A stretch of DNA of 64,000 bases, taken from positions 9,186 to 73,185 of the IMG/VR virus record IMGVR_UViG_3300049435_000050; one strand, given 5' to 3'. The translations under genes and the position numbers were made by a program. The notes below the pieces were generated by a model. It was given only the letters and a program-made list of their open reading frames with translations, was not told the DNA's origin and did no database searches. This DNA comes from a virus. Positions 9,719 through 18,487 of this stretch are shown one piece after another; position 1 is the stretch's first letter, and each line of letters begins with the position of its first letter.

Positions 9719-10411
9719 TTATTTCCTTTTAAAACACATCAAATGTACTACGTTAGCTATAAATTCCCATTGGTCAAGATTGGTTGTCAGGTATGCAAGC
9801 AACGCGTCACTAACCTCTTTATGCCCTCTGAAATAACCATGGGGCATATTCATATAATGTCCTGCATCGTCAACTAACAGATAGCCACCTTTCTTAATTA
9901 ACGGGGCATAGTTTTTAAGATCATTAAGGCAACCGTCAAAACTGTGATCTCCGTCCACGTACAGGACATCCCACTTTCCCAAATCCTTTACTGCCTGAAT
10001 GACCCATGGCTCGTTGCTAAGGCCTTTTATTATTCCCGGTGGGTTTAGCCCGAAGTATTCATGTAAGTCCTGTATACACTGCCAGTAGTCATGTTCCTGA
10101 TAGCCTCCTTCGCTTGATAGTGGTGTTACTCCGTGTACAGTAGCATCGGGGCGAAGTAGCTTTATAAGTGACAGTGTGCCGCTTTTATAAACACCTATTT
10201 CCAAGAAACTAAATCCTTTCTCCTGTTCATCACATATCAGTTTCCACAACCACCAAAAACTTTTTTCGCCAAATCCATATCCGTTAGCCACAAATTCCCT
10301 ATGCGTTTTTAGGTTATGATCGGCATCTACAAGTTGGCAGAATAGATCGTTGATATGAGCGTGACTTTCTTTGGTATCAAGCCAATGAGACTTTAAATCA
10401 ATTAGATTCAT
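9719..10411 (-). CDS. Class I SAM-dependent methyltransferase (Methyltransf_24-like, probable sugar O-methyltransferase)
   Basis: FLEIGVYKSGT, WDVLYVDGDHSF, LIKKGGYLLVDD. Confidence 0.88.
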   Translation of the reverse strand: MNLIDLKSHWLDTKESHAHINDLFCQLVDADHNLKTHREFVANGYGFGEKSFWWLWKLICDEQEKGFSFLEIGVYKSGTLSLIKLLRPDATVHGVTPLSSEGGYQEHDYWQCIQDLHEYFGLNPPGIIKGLSNEPWVIQAVKDLGKWDVLYVDGDHSFDGCLNDLKNYAPLIKKGGYLLVDDAGHYMNMPHGYFRGHKEVSDALLAYLTTNLDQWEFIANVVHLMCFKRK

Positions 10412-10613
10412 GGTAATGCTCTATAATAATAAAACTAACACTTATAAAAAAGAACGAAGCCCATGTCAAAAATCTATATCTGAAAAAATCTATAATGATA
10501 TGGTCTGACAATAATAAACACTTCATATAAATGCTAACTATTACTAAAAATATCAACATTATAAATGATATTTCTAAAAAGTGGTAAATTATATGTTCTT
10601 TAATCCATTTCAT
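10398..10613 (-). CDS. Small two-TM membrane protein
   Basis: 71 aa with two hydrophobic stretches; overlaps both neighbours. Confidence 0.5.
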   Translation of the reverse strand: MKWIKEHIIYHFLEISFIMLIFLVIVSIYMKCLLLSDHIIIDFFRYRFLTWASFFFISVSFIIIEHYHESN

Positions 10614-11251
10614 ATCAGTTCAATTATTTTACTCATATCAGCTTGACCGTTTCCATGCACCAAAACCGGAGTTGTTAATGTTTCTTTGTTAATTATTCTA
10701 CCATTAACGAAATTAAAATCTGTCCATAATGTCCCACACAAATTCTGGAAAACTTGGCAATTCGTATCCAATTCCATATCATACTTATAACCTTTAGTTA
10801 TAAATGTCTTAGCTAAACACACTTGATCATTATCGATTATAGTTATAGGGTTCTCCTCAAACATACGGCAGAACAGTTCCACACTGACAAATGAAACGCC
10901 ACCATTAAGGTACTTGAACCGTGACTTAGTTGATGGGTACAAATACGCCCACTGTTCATAAGGCCATGCATTAATTTCTGCCCCGAACAGTATTACATCC
11001 TTGTCTAGGATCCCATCCAAAGCCTCCTGCATACTCCCTAACGCGATCACATCGTAAGCGTCAACTATAAATAGGTGGGTACAATCTGTTGTCTTGGCGT
11101 AGTTGTAGGCGTTAACCATTTTACTGCCGAAAGCCTGATACTGCATACCGCATACTTCCCAATCCCATTCAAACTTTTCAAGTGACCGTACAAGGTTTTT
11201 ATAACCAGGATGGTTAAGGTCGGAAACAGTAGTTATTAATTTACATTTCAT
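10610..11251 (-). CDS. PLOD/LH3-like glycosyltransferase domain (GT-A)
   Basis: LFIVDAYDVI, ILFGAEINAWP, FKYLNGG, DNDQ, LDTNCQVFQNL, PVLVHGNG follow the motif order of the PLOD GT domain. Confidence 0.8.
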   Translation of the reverse strand: MKCKLITTVSDLNHPGYKNLVRSLEKFEWDWEVCGMQYQAFGSKMVNAYNYAKTTDCTHLFIVDAYDVIALGSMQEALDGILDKDVILFGAEINAWPYEQWAYLYPSTKSRFKYLNGGVSFVSVELFCRMFEENPITIIDNDQVCLAKTFITKGYKYDMELDTNCQVFQNLCGTLWTDFNFVNGRIINKETLTTPVLVHGNGQADMSKIIELI

Positions 11252-12036
11252 TCAAAGTCCTCCCAAAGCGGCCTTACACCACTCACATAATCAGCGTGCA
11301 TCTTATGATATTCATCCCAAACTACCCCTGCTTGTTGTTGCTTAACTTGAGTATATGAGTTCTCTCCAGTATCTATATGAGAAATATCAATATGAGGTAA
11401 GTAACAATTCCAAAAACCTGCCAGTTTTGACCGTAAATCATATATTGAATCATCAAAACCATAAACAGAAGATGGCTGAATCATGCCCCCTATTTTATCA
11501 ATCAATCGCCAGTTAAACAGAGTGCATGTGCCCATGATTTGACCACCACCCTCAACTGTTATCCATCGTTGCCCTGCAACATGCGGTAAAGCTATATATT
11601 CCCCGTCAAACTCAATATCCTTTCGCTTCAAACCAATAATACCAATGGTTGGGTCACGCTCAATAGCGGCTTCCATTTCTTCTACCCATCCTAATTGGTT
11701 TATAACTACGTCATTATCAATTTTGCAGCAAAATTCTTCCGATTGTCTTAGCTTTAATCCCTGATTGATTGCTCTTGCAGTGCCTAAGTTTTCTGTGTTT
11801 GTAATGATATTAATTCCGTTAATCTTCCATCCGAAGTTTCCAGCAATATTTGTGTTACCTAATTCAAAATACCTTCTTAATAAACTTTTAGTCCGTTCGC
11901 AACTTCCATTATCGACAATTATAAGCCTATGCTTATCCCAATTAACAGTTTGCGCTAATGACACTAATGTTTTTTCAGTGTATTCACTCCTGCCGTTTTC
12001 TTCGGTATCATATACAGCACAAATTATCAGACTCAT
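11248..12036 (-). CDS. Glycosyltransferase family 2
   Basis: LIIVDNGS, NLGTARAINQGL, KIDNDVV, KIGGM, YGFDD; start placed at the ATG overlapping the upstream TGA. Confidence 0.88.
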   Translation of the reverse strand: MSLIICAVYDTEENGRSEYTEKTLVSLAQTVNWDKHRLIIVDNGSCERTKSLLRRYFELGNTNIAGNFGWKINGINIITNTENLGTARAINQGLKLRQSEEFCCKIDNDVVINQLGWVEEMEAAIERDPTIGIIGLKRKDIEFDGEYIALPHVAGQRWITVEGGGQIMGTCTLFNWRLIDKIGGMIQPSSVYGFDDSIYDLRSKLAGFWNCYLPHIDISHIDTGENSYTQVKQQQAGVVWDEYHKMHADYVSGVRPLWEDFE

Positions 12037-12332
12037 ACTTGCTCCTCCAACCACTTCTGTATTTTAGCAGTGTTATCCTGCAATTCAGCCAATGTCCGGT
12101 TCGGTAAAGTAGCAGCAAGCTTGGCACATTCAAACCGGGATGGCGCTATTTTCCATGGTTGTTCGTTGAATTTTTTGAACATTTCCTGTAACTCTTTATC
12201 GCCCCCGTCTTTGATTAAGTTTTCGGTGATTTGGTTTGGCGATACAGAATCACCGGATAATTGATACTCTTTTTTTTCTCGCTCTGTAATCATGCGGATG
12301 TTATTGCTAATATCAGGGTTGAATATATTCAT
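12033..12332 (-). CDS. Hypothetical protein
   Basis: 99 aa, coupled to the GT2 start. Confidence 0.6.
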   Translation of the reverse strand: MNIFNPDISNNIRMITEREKKEYQLSGDSVSPNQITENLIKDGGDKELQEMFKKFNEQPWKIAPSRFECAKLAATLPNRTLAELQDNTAKIQKWLEEQV

Positions 12333-12337
12333 TTGAT

Positions 12338-12488
12338 AAAAAATAAGCCCGCCAGCCTAAAGTGAAGATAGCGCAAGCAAATCCTAACAATGAAGTGGCT
12401 GACGGGAAGTTTTTAATATTTTGTTTCATTGTCGTTTTAAATTTGCTTGCTGCTGTAAATATACAAACTTATTTGGCACTTTACCAAA
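12338..12488 (-). promoter_or_regulatory. Promoter and structured leader with overlapping stems (attenuator- or pseudoknot-like)
   Basis: TTTG-N21-TATATTTA on the minus strand; complementary pairs 12373-12394/12425-12450 and 12348-12357/12397-12406, then a U-run. Confidence 0.55.
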
Positions 12489-12566
12489 TAAAATTTAAGC
12501 CTAATTTTAAGCCATGTAATCAATTTTTATATTTTTTGGTATATAGATACCATTTTGAAATAATAA

Positions 12567-12758
12567 TCAATTAGGTGGGCTAAAATAGTCCTCTAATCGC
12601 TTAAACCTTGTGTAGCAATCACTCAACTCAAAGTGTTGTTGCTGGTCTATCAATTCTTTTATCAGTTCTACCATGGATACTCCTGACTTATTGGTAACGC
12701 TGTACCATACTCCGGTTGGCACTTGCTGCAGCTTATTTATGGTTTCTGTTGTGGTCAT
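12567..12758 (-). CDS. Hypothetical protein
   Basis: 63-aa ORF downstream of the primase-helicase. Confidence 0.5.
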   Translation of the reverse strand: MTTTETINKLQQVPTGVWYSVTNKSGVSMVELIKELIDQQQHFELSDCYTRFKRLEDYFSPPN

Positions 12759-12769
12759 AGGGTTATGGT

Positions 12770-14767
12770 TTAAAATGGTGGATTATCGTCTGATTGCATT
12801 GGTGCATAATCATAATTATAATTTGGCTGTAAGGCTCTTTCTCTAACCGTTTCAGTAATATCAATTTTACCTTGTACTGGCTTTGACTTTACTCTGTGAT
12901 ACTCTACTATTGGATTAAATCCAGGCTCCATTAAGTCACGATTCTCAGATGTTTCAAAGCCAGTTAAATGGTTTATCATTCTCAAATCTACAGGTTTATT
13001 TATCCAAGTTACATTACCCCCTGTTTCTGTTTCCTTTACTTTCCTAACGTGAATTTCAGTAAACATCCACGCCTTTTCATTTTGTGTAACTCGGTGGATG
13101 GTTAAAAACTCATCTGCCTTATTTGCGAACATTACCCCCATTTCGGTATCTTCCTTTTGTGGGGCCATTGTAAATCCATCCTTACCTTTGTTCCTTGCAC
13201 CAACTGTACCTACATGACAGTTCAGGTAAATTGATAAGTTGTTATTCTTGCAGTAAAGCTGTATAACGCTTGCGGCCTCGTAATGATAGTCATACCCGCT
13301 TTGCTTTGACTTTATCGGTATATCAATCTTCAATGAGTTATACGGGTCGATCATAAGCCCATTATATTTTTTCTTCCTCATTGCTTTTGTGGTCATATTC
13401 AATATTTCATTATAATTAAAAAGCTTATCACCGCATTTAATAATGTCGAAATGATCTTTTACAAACTGCTTTGCTTTGATATATTTTTCCTGACTCATGG
13501 TATTAATCGGTTCACACCAATAAAATTCTATCAGTTTTCTTATCACACCGCCAACTCTATTTTCAGAACTAAATATCAGCCACTTCCAATCATGGAATAT
13601 GGCAGAAAGCATTTCAAGATACCAAATTACACTGGATTTACCCACATTGTCAAGACCGTTTATGATGACCAAATTACCCTCTTTGAAAAGGAAATGCTTG
13701 TCAAGTGTAGGTATACCGGTACTTTTACCCAGTTCAAAACTTCCATTTCGCCATGCATCAAGGTAACCGTCATAGTCGTCCTCTGTGGCAAGAAACGACG
13801 TATCATCATCTGACATATCAATCCGACTTGGTATCACTATGTCGTTATCGCGTTGGTTCTCTATCCTATCACCATATCCCTCATCGTAAAGCATCTTAGG
13901 TACTTTATTCCAATCACCATCGCATTTTAGCACTCCGTACACTGCATACGGCTGGTATGGTGTCTGGGCCTCAAATTCTGTTGATGTTGAGAAAACACTA
14001 AACCATTTAAGTTCCTCATCATAATTACCTGAACTATCAGCTTTGGTATCACCCGGCCTACGCATCAAAATCTTTGATCCTTTTCTTCCAACGGCAGTCC
14101 ATCCATATTCCTCAAGCAATGCTACAACATCACCACGCTCATTAAAATCTTCTGTAGGCTTTAATCCCTTGGTCTGTTTCTTTTGCTCTACAATTGGTGG
14201 TTTAAACTCTTTTTGAACCTCATTGAAACTGTATGCGATGTTTAGCAGAGTCTCCCGTTCCTGAACGGTAATGGTGGGTATGTTATCGAAAGTACCGTTA
14301 ATCAGTTCATACCCAGGTGTGGGGAAGCAGGCTATATACCCACCATTACCACGTGTCTCAAATAAAACTTTTATCTTTTCACCTACTTTCTGCTCTGCTT
14401 CGTTAGCATAGCGCTGCGCAAGTTTTTTATTCCCATCAATAATTTCACAACGGTAGATTAGGTGATATCCTCCGCTTGTTGTTTTCTGAACTACTAAACG
14501 TTGTAATAGCCCCGGACAAACTTTGATAACAGTTTTTTGATATTCACTAAAAAGTTTTCCTGTAAGGTCATATTTCAAGTCTATGTCGATAGCCTCAAGG
14601 TTTCCGCTGATACTTCCGCAAACTATACCTACCCCGTAACACTGACTTAAATCATGCCTAAGTGTGGACTGTTCCCATTGTTTAACAATTGGGACTTTCT
14701 TTTCGTTTATTGGAATAACCTGTACCCCAACTGTATTTTGAAGTTGTGAGTAGCTAATCATTTCCAT
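12770..14767 (-). CDS. Prim-Pol (AEP) primase fused to a DnaB/RecA-like helicase
   Basis: N-terminal GVGIVCG..LEAIDID, TTSGGYHLIY, ETRGNGGYIACFP; C-terminal GLDNVGKS Walker A, LMIDPYNSL. Confidence 0.9.
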   Translation of the reverse strand: MEMISYSQLQNTVGVQVIPINEKKVPIVKQWEQSTLRHDLSQCYGVGIVCGSISGNLEAIDIDLKYDLTGKLFSEYQKTVIKVCPGLLQRLVVQKTTSGGYHLIYRCEIIDGNKKLAQRYANEAEQKVGEKIKVLFETRGNGGYIACFPTPGYELINGTFDNIPTITVQERETLLNIAYSFNEVQKEFKPPIVEQKKQTKGLKPTEDFNERGDVVALLEEYGWTAVGRKGSKILMRRPGDTKADSSGNYDEELKWFSVFSTSTEFEAQTPYQPYAVYGVLKCDGDWNKVPKMLYDEGYGDRIENQRDNDIVIPSRIDMSDDDTSFLATEDDYDGYLDAWRNGSFELGKSTGIPTLDKHFLFKEGNLVIINGLDNVGKSSVIWYLEMLSAIFHDWKWLIFSSENRVGGVIRKLIEFYWCEPINTMSQEKYIKAKQFVKDHFDIIKCGDKLFNYNEILNMTTKAMRKKKYNGLMIDPYNSLKIDIPIKSKQSGYDYHYEAASVIQLYCKNNNLSIYLNCHVGTVGARNKGKDGFTMAPQKEDTEMGVMFANKADEFLTIHRVTQNEKAWMFTEIHVRKVKETETGGNVTWINKPVDLRMINHLTGFETSENRDLMEPGFNPIVEYHRVKSKPVQGKIDITETVRERALQPNYNYDYAPMQSDDNPPF

Positions 14768-15542
14768 AAACAGATTTTACTTTTCTACTTGGTTCATTTC
14801 CGTATGTTTCTAAATTAATTCTATTCTGCTCGTCAGTTATTTTATGGCTAAAAGGTATTTCAATAATAATTTCATCCAACCAACCTTTATTATTAATAAA
14901 TGTTGTTGGATCTTTACGAAATTTTTTATTAGGCTGACTAATTTTATAATTAGGAATATAATCCATAATTAATAAACGTTCTATGTCTGATAGTTTTCTC
15001 CATTTTTCTTTTGATTTTTCTAAACCAACCTTCTTATCGTAAGCATCCCAAAACATATCAAAATCGACATTAATTACTTTATTTAATTCCTTTACATTAT
15101 TGTATGTGGTGCTAATGGTGTCCACTTGATGTTCTCCCGTTGGTCTTTTGCTTGGTAAATTAGATTGATAACTATCATAATTACAGATAGTTATCATGGT
15201 CATTTTGCTGGTCGTTTTGATGGTCAACATTTGATCTAAGTGTAACGAGTTGAGAAAACGTCTTACGGTATTCCTATCCCACTTCCAATCTCTGCATAAA
15301 CGTTCTTGAGATGTCAATACCTGTCCCCTTTCGATAGGTATTAAATCATAACCTATAGCTTCTTTTTTACCATTATGACTTGCCATAATAAGTAAGTCTA
15401 ACCAGGCCTCAAGTTTTGTTCTCTTGCGATTTTGTTCGTATAGCCAATGATTTTTAATAGACCTGAATATTTTTATATATCCAGTTTTATAATTTTGTTC
15501 AGGTTCCGACAGTATAAAGTCTTCCATTTTACCAAAAGTCAA
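14754..15542 (-). CDS. Lambda O-like replication initiator / replisome organiser
   Basis: GYIKIFRSI..HW, EAWLDLLIMA, RGQVLTS, ITICNYDSYQ, FDMFWDAYDKKVG, DPTTFINNKGW. Confidence 0.82.
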   Translation of the reverse strand: MTFGKMEDFILSEPEQNYKTGYIKIFRSIKNHWLYEQNRKRTKLEAWLDLLIMASHNGKKEAIGYDLIPIERGQVLTSQERLCRDWKWDRNTVRRFLNSLHLDQMLTIKTTSKMTMITICNYDSYQSNLPSKRPTGEHQVDTISTTYNNVKELNKVINVDFDMFWDAYDKKVGLEKSKEKWRKLSDIERLLIMDYIPNYKISQPNKKFRKDPTTFINNKGWLDEIIIEIPFSHKITDEQNRINLETYGNEPSRKVKSVYGND

Positions 15543-15562
15543 AAGTGTAAAGCCAAAAAAGA

Positions 15563-15736
15563 TTATGCTACTTCCTTGAAAGTAGATTTATCAATAAATT
15601 CTTTACCTAAGAATTTAACCTTTTTTAGTCTTCCATCTTTAACCCAATTGAAAACTGTTTGACGGGTAACATCCATAAGAACAGCGTAGTCATTAACTGT
15701 CATAAGGTTACTTGTGATGATTTTAGTTGTTTCCAT
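15563..15736 (-). CDS. Excisionase-like HTH DNA-binding protein, 57 aa (absent from ORF track)
   Basis: Hand translation METTKIITSNLMTVNDYAVLMDVTRQTVFNWVKDGRLKKVKFLGKEFIDKSTFKEVA. Confidence 0.75.
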   Translation of the reverse strand: METTKIITSNLMTVNDYAVLMDVTRQTVFNWVKDGRLKKVKFLGKEFIDKSTFKEVA

Positions 15737-15870
15737 AATTCAAATGTAAATACAATTTGTCATAATGTCAAGTGTGTTGATAAAAAAATAACCGAGACAC
15801 CACATCCCGGTTATAATACCAACATCGTTAAGAAAGACTACGGCATCAAAGGTAGTAATTTTTATTATTA

Positions 15871-16329
15871 CTAAAACTTTAATTCCACATCCTCATTAGG
15901 GAGTGGTAGCTGTAGTCCCAGGAAATCATTCGCCCACAGCCTTATTTGTTCCGTAAACTCGTTAAACTCAATAGTTGAAAGGTTAGTGGTACTTCGGTAG
16001 GTCTTTAAAACTTCACCAGTTGACTTGTCAGCCATTATATCCCCATTCTTATCCACTGCATCCACCGAAAGAAATTTGTGCCTTAAAACCTCTTTAATAG
16101 CGTTAGGTTCTATACCAGTTTCTTCGGCTATCTCGTTGATATACCAGTGCAACACCGAATTTTGCTTCAAACTACGGGGCTTCCTTCGTGTTTTAATCTC
16201 CACAGTTACCTTGGCCCCGTCATCGAAAGATAACCTCAACTCCCGATAAACGTACCTATCATTGGGAAAATTAAAGGTAGTGTCATCACCGGTGTGCACT
16301 ATAACCCCGTCAAACTTGCGCGTTGGCAT
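15871..16329 (-). CDS. NinB-like recombination accessory protein
   Basis: RSLKQNSVLHWYINEIAEETG...STTNLSTIEFNEFTEQIR; start placed at MPTRKF. Confidence 0.7.
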   Translation of the reverse strand: MPTRKFDGVIVHTGDDTTFNFPNDRYVYRELRLSFDDGAKVTVEIKTRRKPRSLKQNSVLHWYINEIAEETGIEPNAIKEVLRHKFLSVDAVDKNGDIMADKSTGEVLKTYRSTTNLSTIEFNEFTEQIRLWANDFLGLQLPLPNEDVELKF

Positions 16330-17029
16330 AGCTAAAAATATTATGTGAATGAAGTTTAAAGCGATTTTCTTGGTCATTGAAAATATCCATATCCAATTCA
16401 CAACCGTAAAAATCAAAACCAAGCAGGTCACAAGCAATACGAATAGACCCTGACCCTAAATGTGTATCAAGTATCTTATCACCCTTATTTGCATACCGTT
16501 TTAAAAGTTCCCCGTAAACAGGAATTGGTTTTTGATTAGGATGTATACGTTTTTCGTTTAACTTCTTATTCCCTTGCTGAATACGGTTATTAATTTGATA
16601 ACCCTGTATCATTCCATTCCATAAAAACTCAAAATAATCAATCTTATTAGTTAGTGATGTCCACATAATTTGACATGCCGAAAAATCATTGTCTCTAAGT
16701 AAATTCCAAACTATTCTACCTGCAGATATTGATTTTTGATCGAAGTTTAAATAGTTTTCGCACATTATTATTTGGTGTTTACTCACTCTGAATAACTCAT
16801 TATAATATTTTTGGTCAGGTGGATAGTTATCCCAATCCTTAATACGATGCTTGGCATTATGAGCTATCATAGTCCCGTTTTTCTGCTTTACATGTGTTGG
16901 TCTTGTAGCGTGCTTTTTATCTTCACCCTGACCTGTTTGCGGATCAACAATTGCTAAGTCAAAATATTTATCAGGAAATTTCCCCATAAATATCATATTA
17001 TCGATTTGTTCAGTTTGACTTACGGGCAT
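16310..17029 (-). CDS. N6-A/N4-C DNA methyltransferase (beta class) with atypical DPQT motif
   Basis: FDLAIVDPQTG, HPNQKP, ILDTHLGSGS, FYGCELD. Confidence 0.85.
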   Translation of the reverse strand: MPVSQTEQIDNMIFMGKFPDKYFDLAIVDPQTGQGEDKKHATRPTHVKQKNGTMIAHNAKHRIKDWDNYPPDQKYYNELFRVSKHQIIMCENYLNFDQKSISAGRIVWNLLRDNDFSACQIMWTSLTNKIDYFEFLWNGMIQGYQINNRIQQGNKKLNEKRIHPNQKPIPVYGELLKRYANKGDKILDTHLGSGSIRIACDLLGFDFYGCELDMDIFNDQENRFKLHSHNIFSYANAQV

Positions 17030-17219
17030 AAAATTCTTTCATTGAGTAATACACTTTTACTTTTCCCTCTACTATAAGTTGGTTGATCCTATCAGTGAAC
17101 AAGGTTTCCTGTGCCCCCTTACGATAGGTATATTGCTTCTTTGTCTTGACAATACTATTTACCTTATGCTCGTGCTTATGTTCATCATATTCCAGGCTAT
17201 CACAGTATGGATTTTTCAT
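17010..17219 (-). CDS. Hypothetical protein
   Basis: 69-aa ORF in the operon. Confidence 0.5.
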   Translation of the reverse strand: MKNPYCDSLEYDEHKHEHKVNSIVKTKKQYTYRKGAQETLFTDRINQLIVEGKVKVYYSMKEFYARKSN

Positions 17220-17402
17220 TTTAATGTCAGCTTAATATACTCCCAGTGGTGAATAACCAACTCCAATGCCACCGTAATCAAGGCCCCGAACAGTAGTGAA
17301 GCCAATACAGCAGGCCAGTGGTGTTTTATTAAGTCAAACACATATAACACCACCACAATAAGGATCAATACCCAAACCTTAACTTTATTTTTCATCTTTA
17401 CT

Positions 17403-17591
17403 TCATTTACGCATATTAAATTCTAAAGCATCCTTCTCTGCTTGTACCCGAAACAGCACACAGTACCCATTCTTAGCGTGATCACAACTCTGGCACTCAT
17501 TCACCTTCACATACTTGTCACACACTTCGCACAGCCGATTATTATTCCGGTTATCAATTATAGCATCAAGGTAATCTTCGTAGTCACTCAT
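17403..17591 (-). CDS. Small Cys-rich protein, possible Zn-binding
   Basis: CEVC..CQSC..C. Confidence 0.5.
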   Translation of the reverse strand: MSDYEDYLDAIIDNRNNNRLCEVCDKYVKVNECQSCDHAKNGYCVLFRVQAEKDALEFNMRK

Positions 17592-17953
17592 ATTAATTCA
17601 ATATCTCTTTTAATAATACTCGTCTTTACGTGGTTTAACCTGTACCAACCTCTCTTTTCAAGTTTTGTTATCATCTTGCTTTCGGTAAATCTTTTAATTA
17701 TCTTAAACATAGAACCCCGTGACACATTTACATTACCCAAAACAAAACTCCTAAACTCCTCATCTATAAAAATCCTATTAGTCCTGTTCATATTCAGTAT
17801 CATTAAATACAAGATATGCTCCGCCTTAAACAAAGTCCTTGCCTTTTCGCTTAAACATATATTCTTAATATCCATAAAGGTATTATCCTTTATTTCAATA
17901 ACAAAACCCTTAGAGTCATCACTAACATTGTTAAAACCTCTTTCCATATTCAT
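17588..17953 (-). CDS. RepL-like winged-helix protein
   Basis: VSRGSMFKIIKRFTESKMITKLEKRGWYRLN; paralog-like to the upstream gene. Confidence 0.55.
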   Translation of the reverse strand: MNMERGFNNVSDDSKGFVIEIKDNTFMDIKNICLSEKARTLFKAEHILYLMILNMNRTNRIFIDEEFRSFVLGNVNVSRGSMFKIIKRFTESKMITKLEKRGWYRLNHVKTSIIKRDIELI

Positions 17954-18386
17954 TGTACTTTTTTAAAAGTTTAATTTGGGTTTCCTTATCACCGATATAA
18001 AAGAACCGAGGGTTTATCATATACCCATTCCCCGATATTTTCTTCATCAACTTACCTGCACAGAAATGTTTTATATACTTCATTATCATAGCTGGCTTAA
18101 GTTTTAAATATTCACCTATAGCCGATTTACAAACATGACCTATATCAACAGTACAGTCCTGCCATATAGTTCTTTGCAAAAGAAAGTAAAATACCACAAA
18201 CTGCTTACCAAGACTCTCCAACGGCTTTATTTCAACCTCATGATCAACAACCATCATCTTAAACCAGTTCCCAAGATCAAAAACAGTTATCTCTAAGAAA
18301 TCCTCCACTTCCCTTATTTCCCCACTATCTGTATCAACCCCCTCTCTTATAATCGGTATCTTTTTTACTCTTGCCTTCATAACCAT
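17931..18386 (-). CDS. RepL-like winged-helix replication/regulatory protein
   Basis: VDTDSGEI N-terminus; LMKKISGNGYMINPRFFYIG C-terminus. Confidence 0.65.
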   Translation of the reverse strand: MVMKARVKKIPIIREGVDTDSGEIREVEDFLEITVFDLGNWFKMMVVDHEVEIKPLESLGKQFVVFYFLLQRTIWQDCTVDIGHVCKSAIGEYLKLKPAMIMKYIKHFCAGKLMKKISGNGYMINPRFFYIGDKETQIKLLKKYNEYGKRF

Positions 18387-18426
18387 ACTACAAATATAAT
18401 ACTTAGTCTATAATAATGCAAATACT

Positions 18427-18487
18427 TTACACGATTAATACAAGTTAATTACACGATTAGTACAACATTTTTACACGATTAGTACAA
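18427..18487. repeat. Three 17-bp direct repeats with exact 22-bp period (iteron-like)
   Basis: TTACACGATTAATACAA at 18427; TTACACGATTAGTACAA at 18449 and 18471. Confidence 0.92.

Noticed and set aside
15563-15736. Proof of an integrated prophage from the Xis-like gene
   Set aside because: No integrase, att pair or host flank in the window; the HTH may be only regulatory
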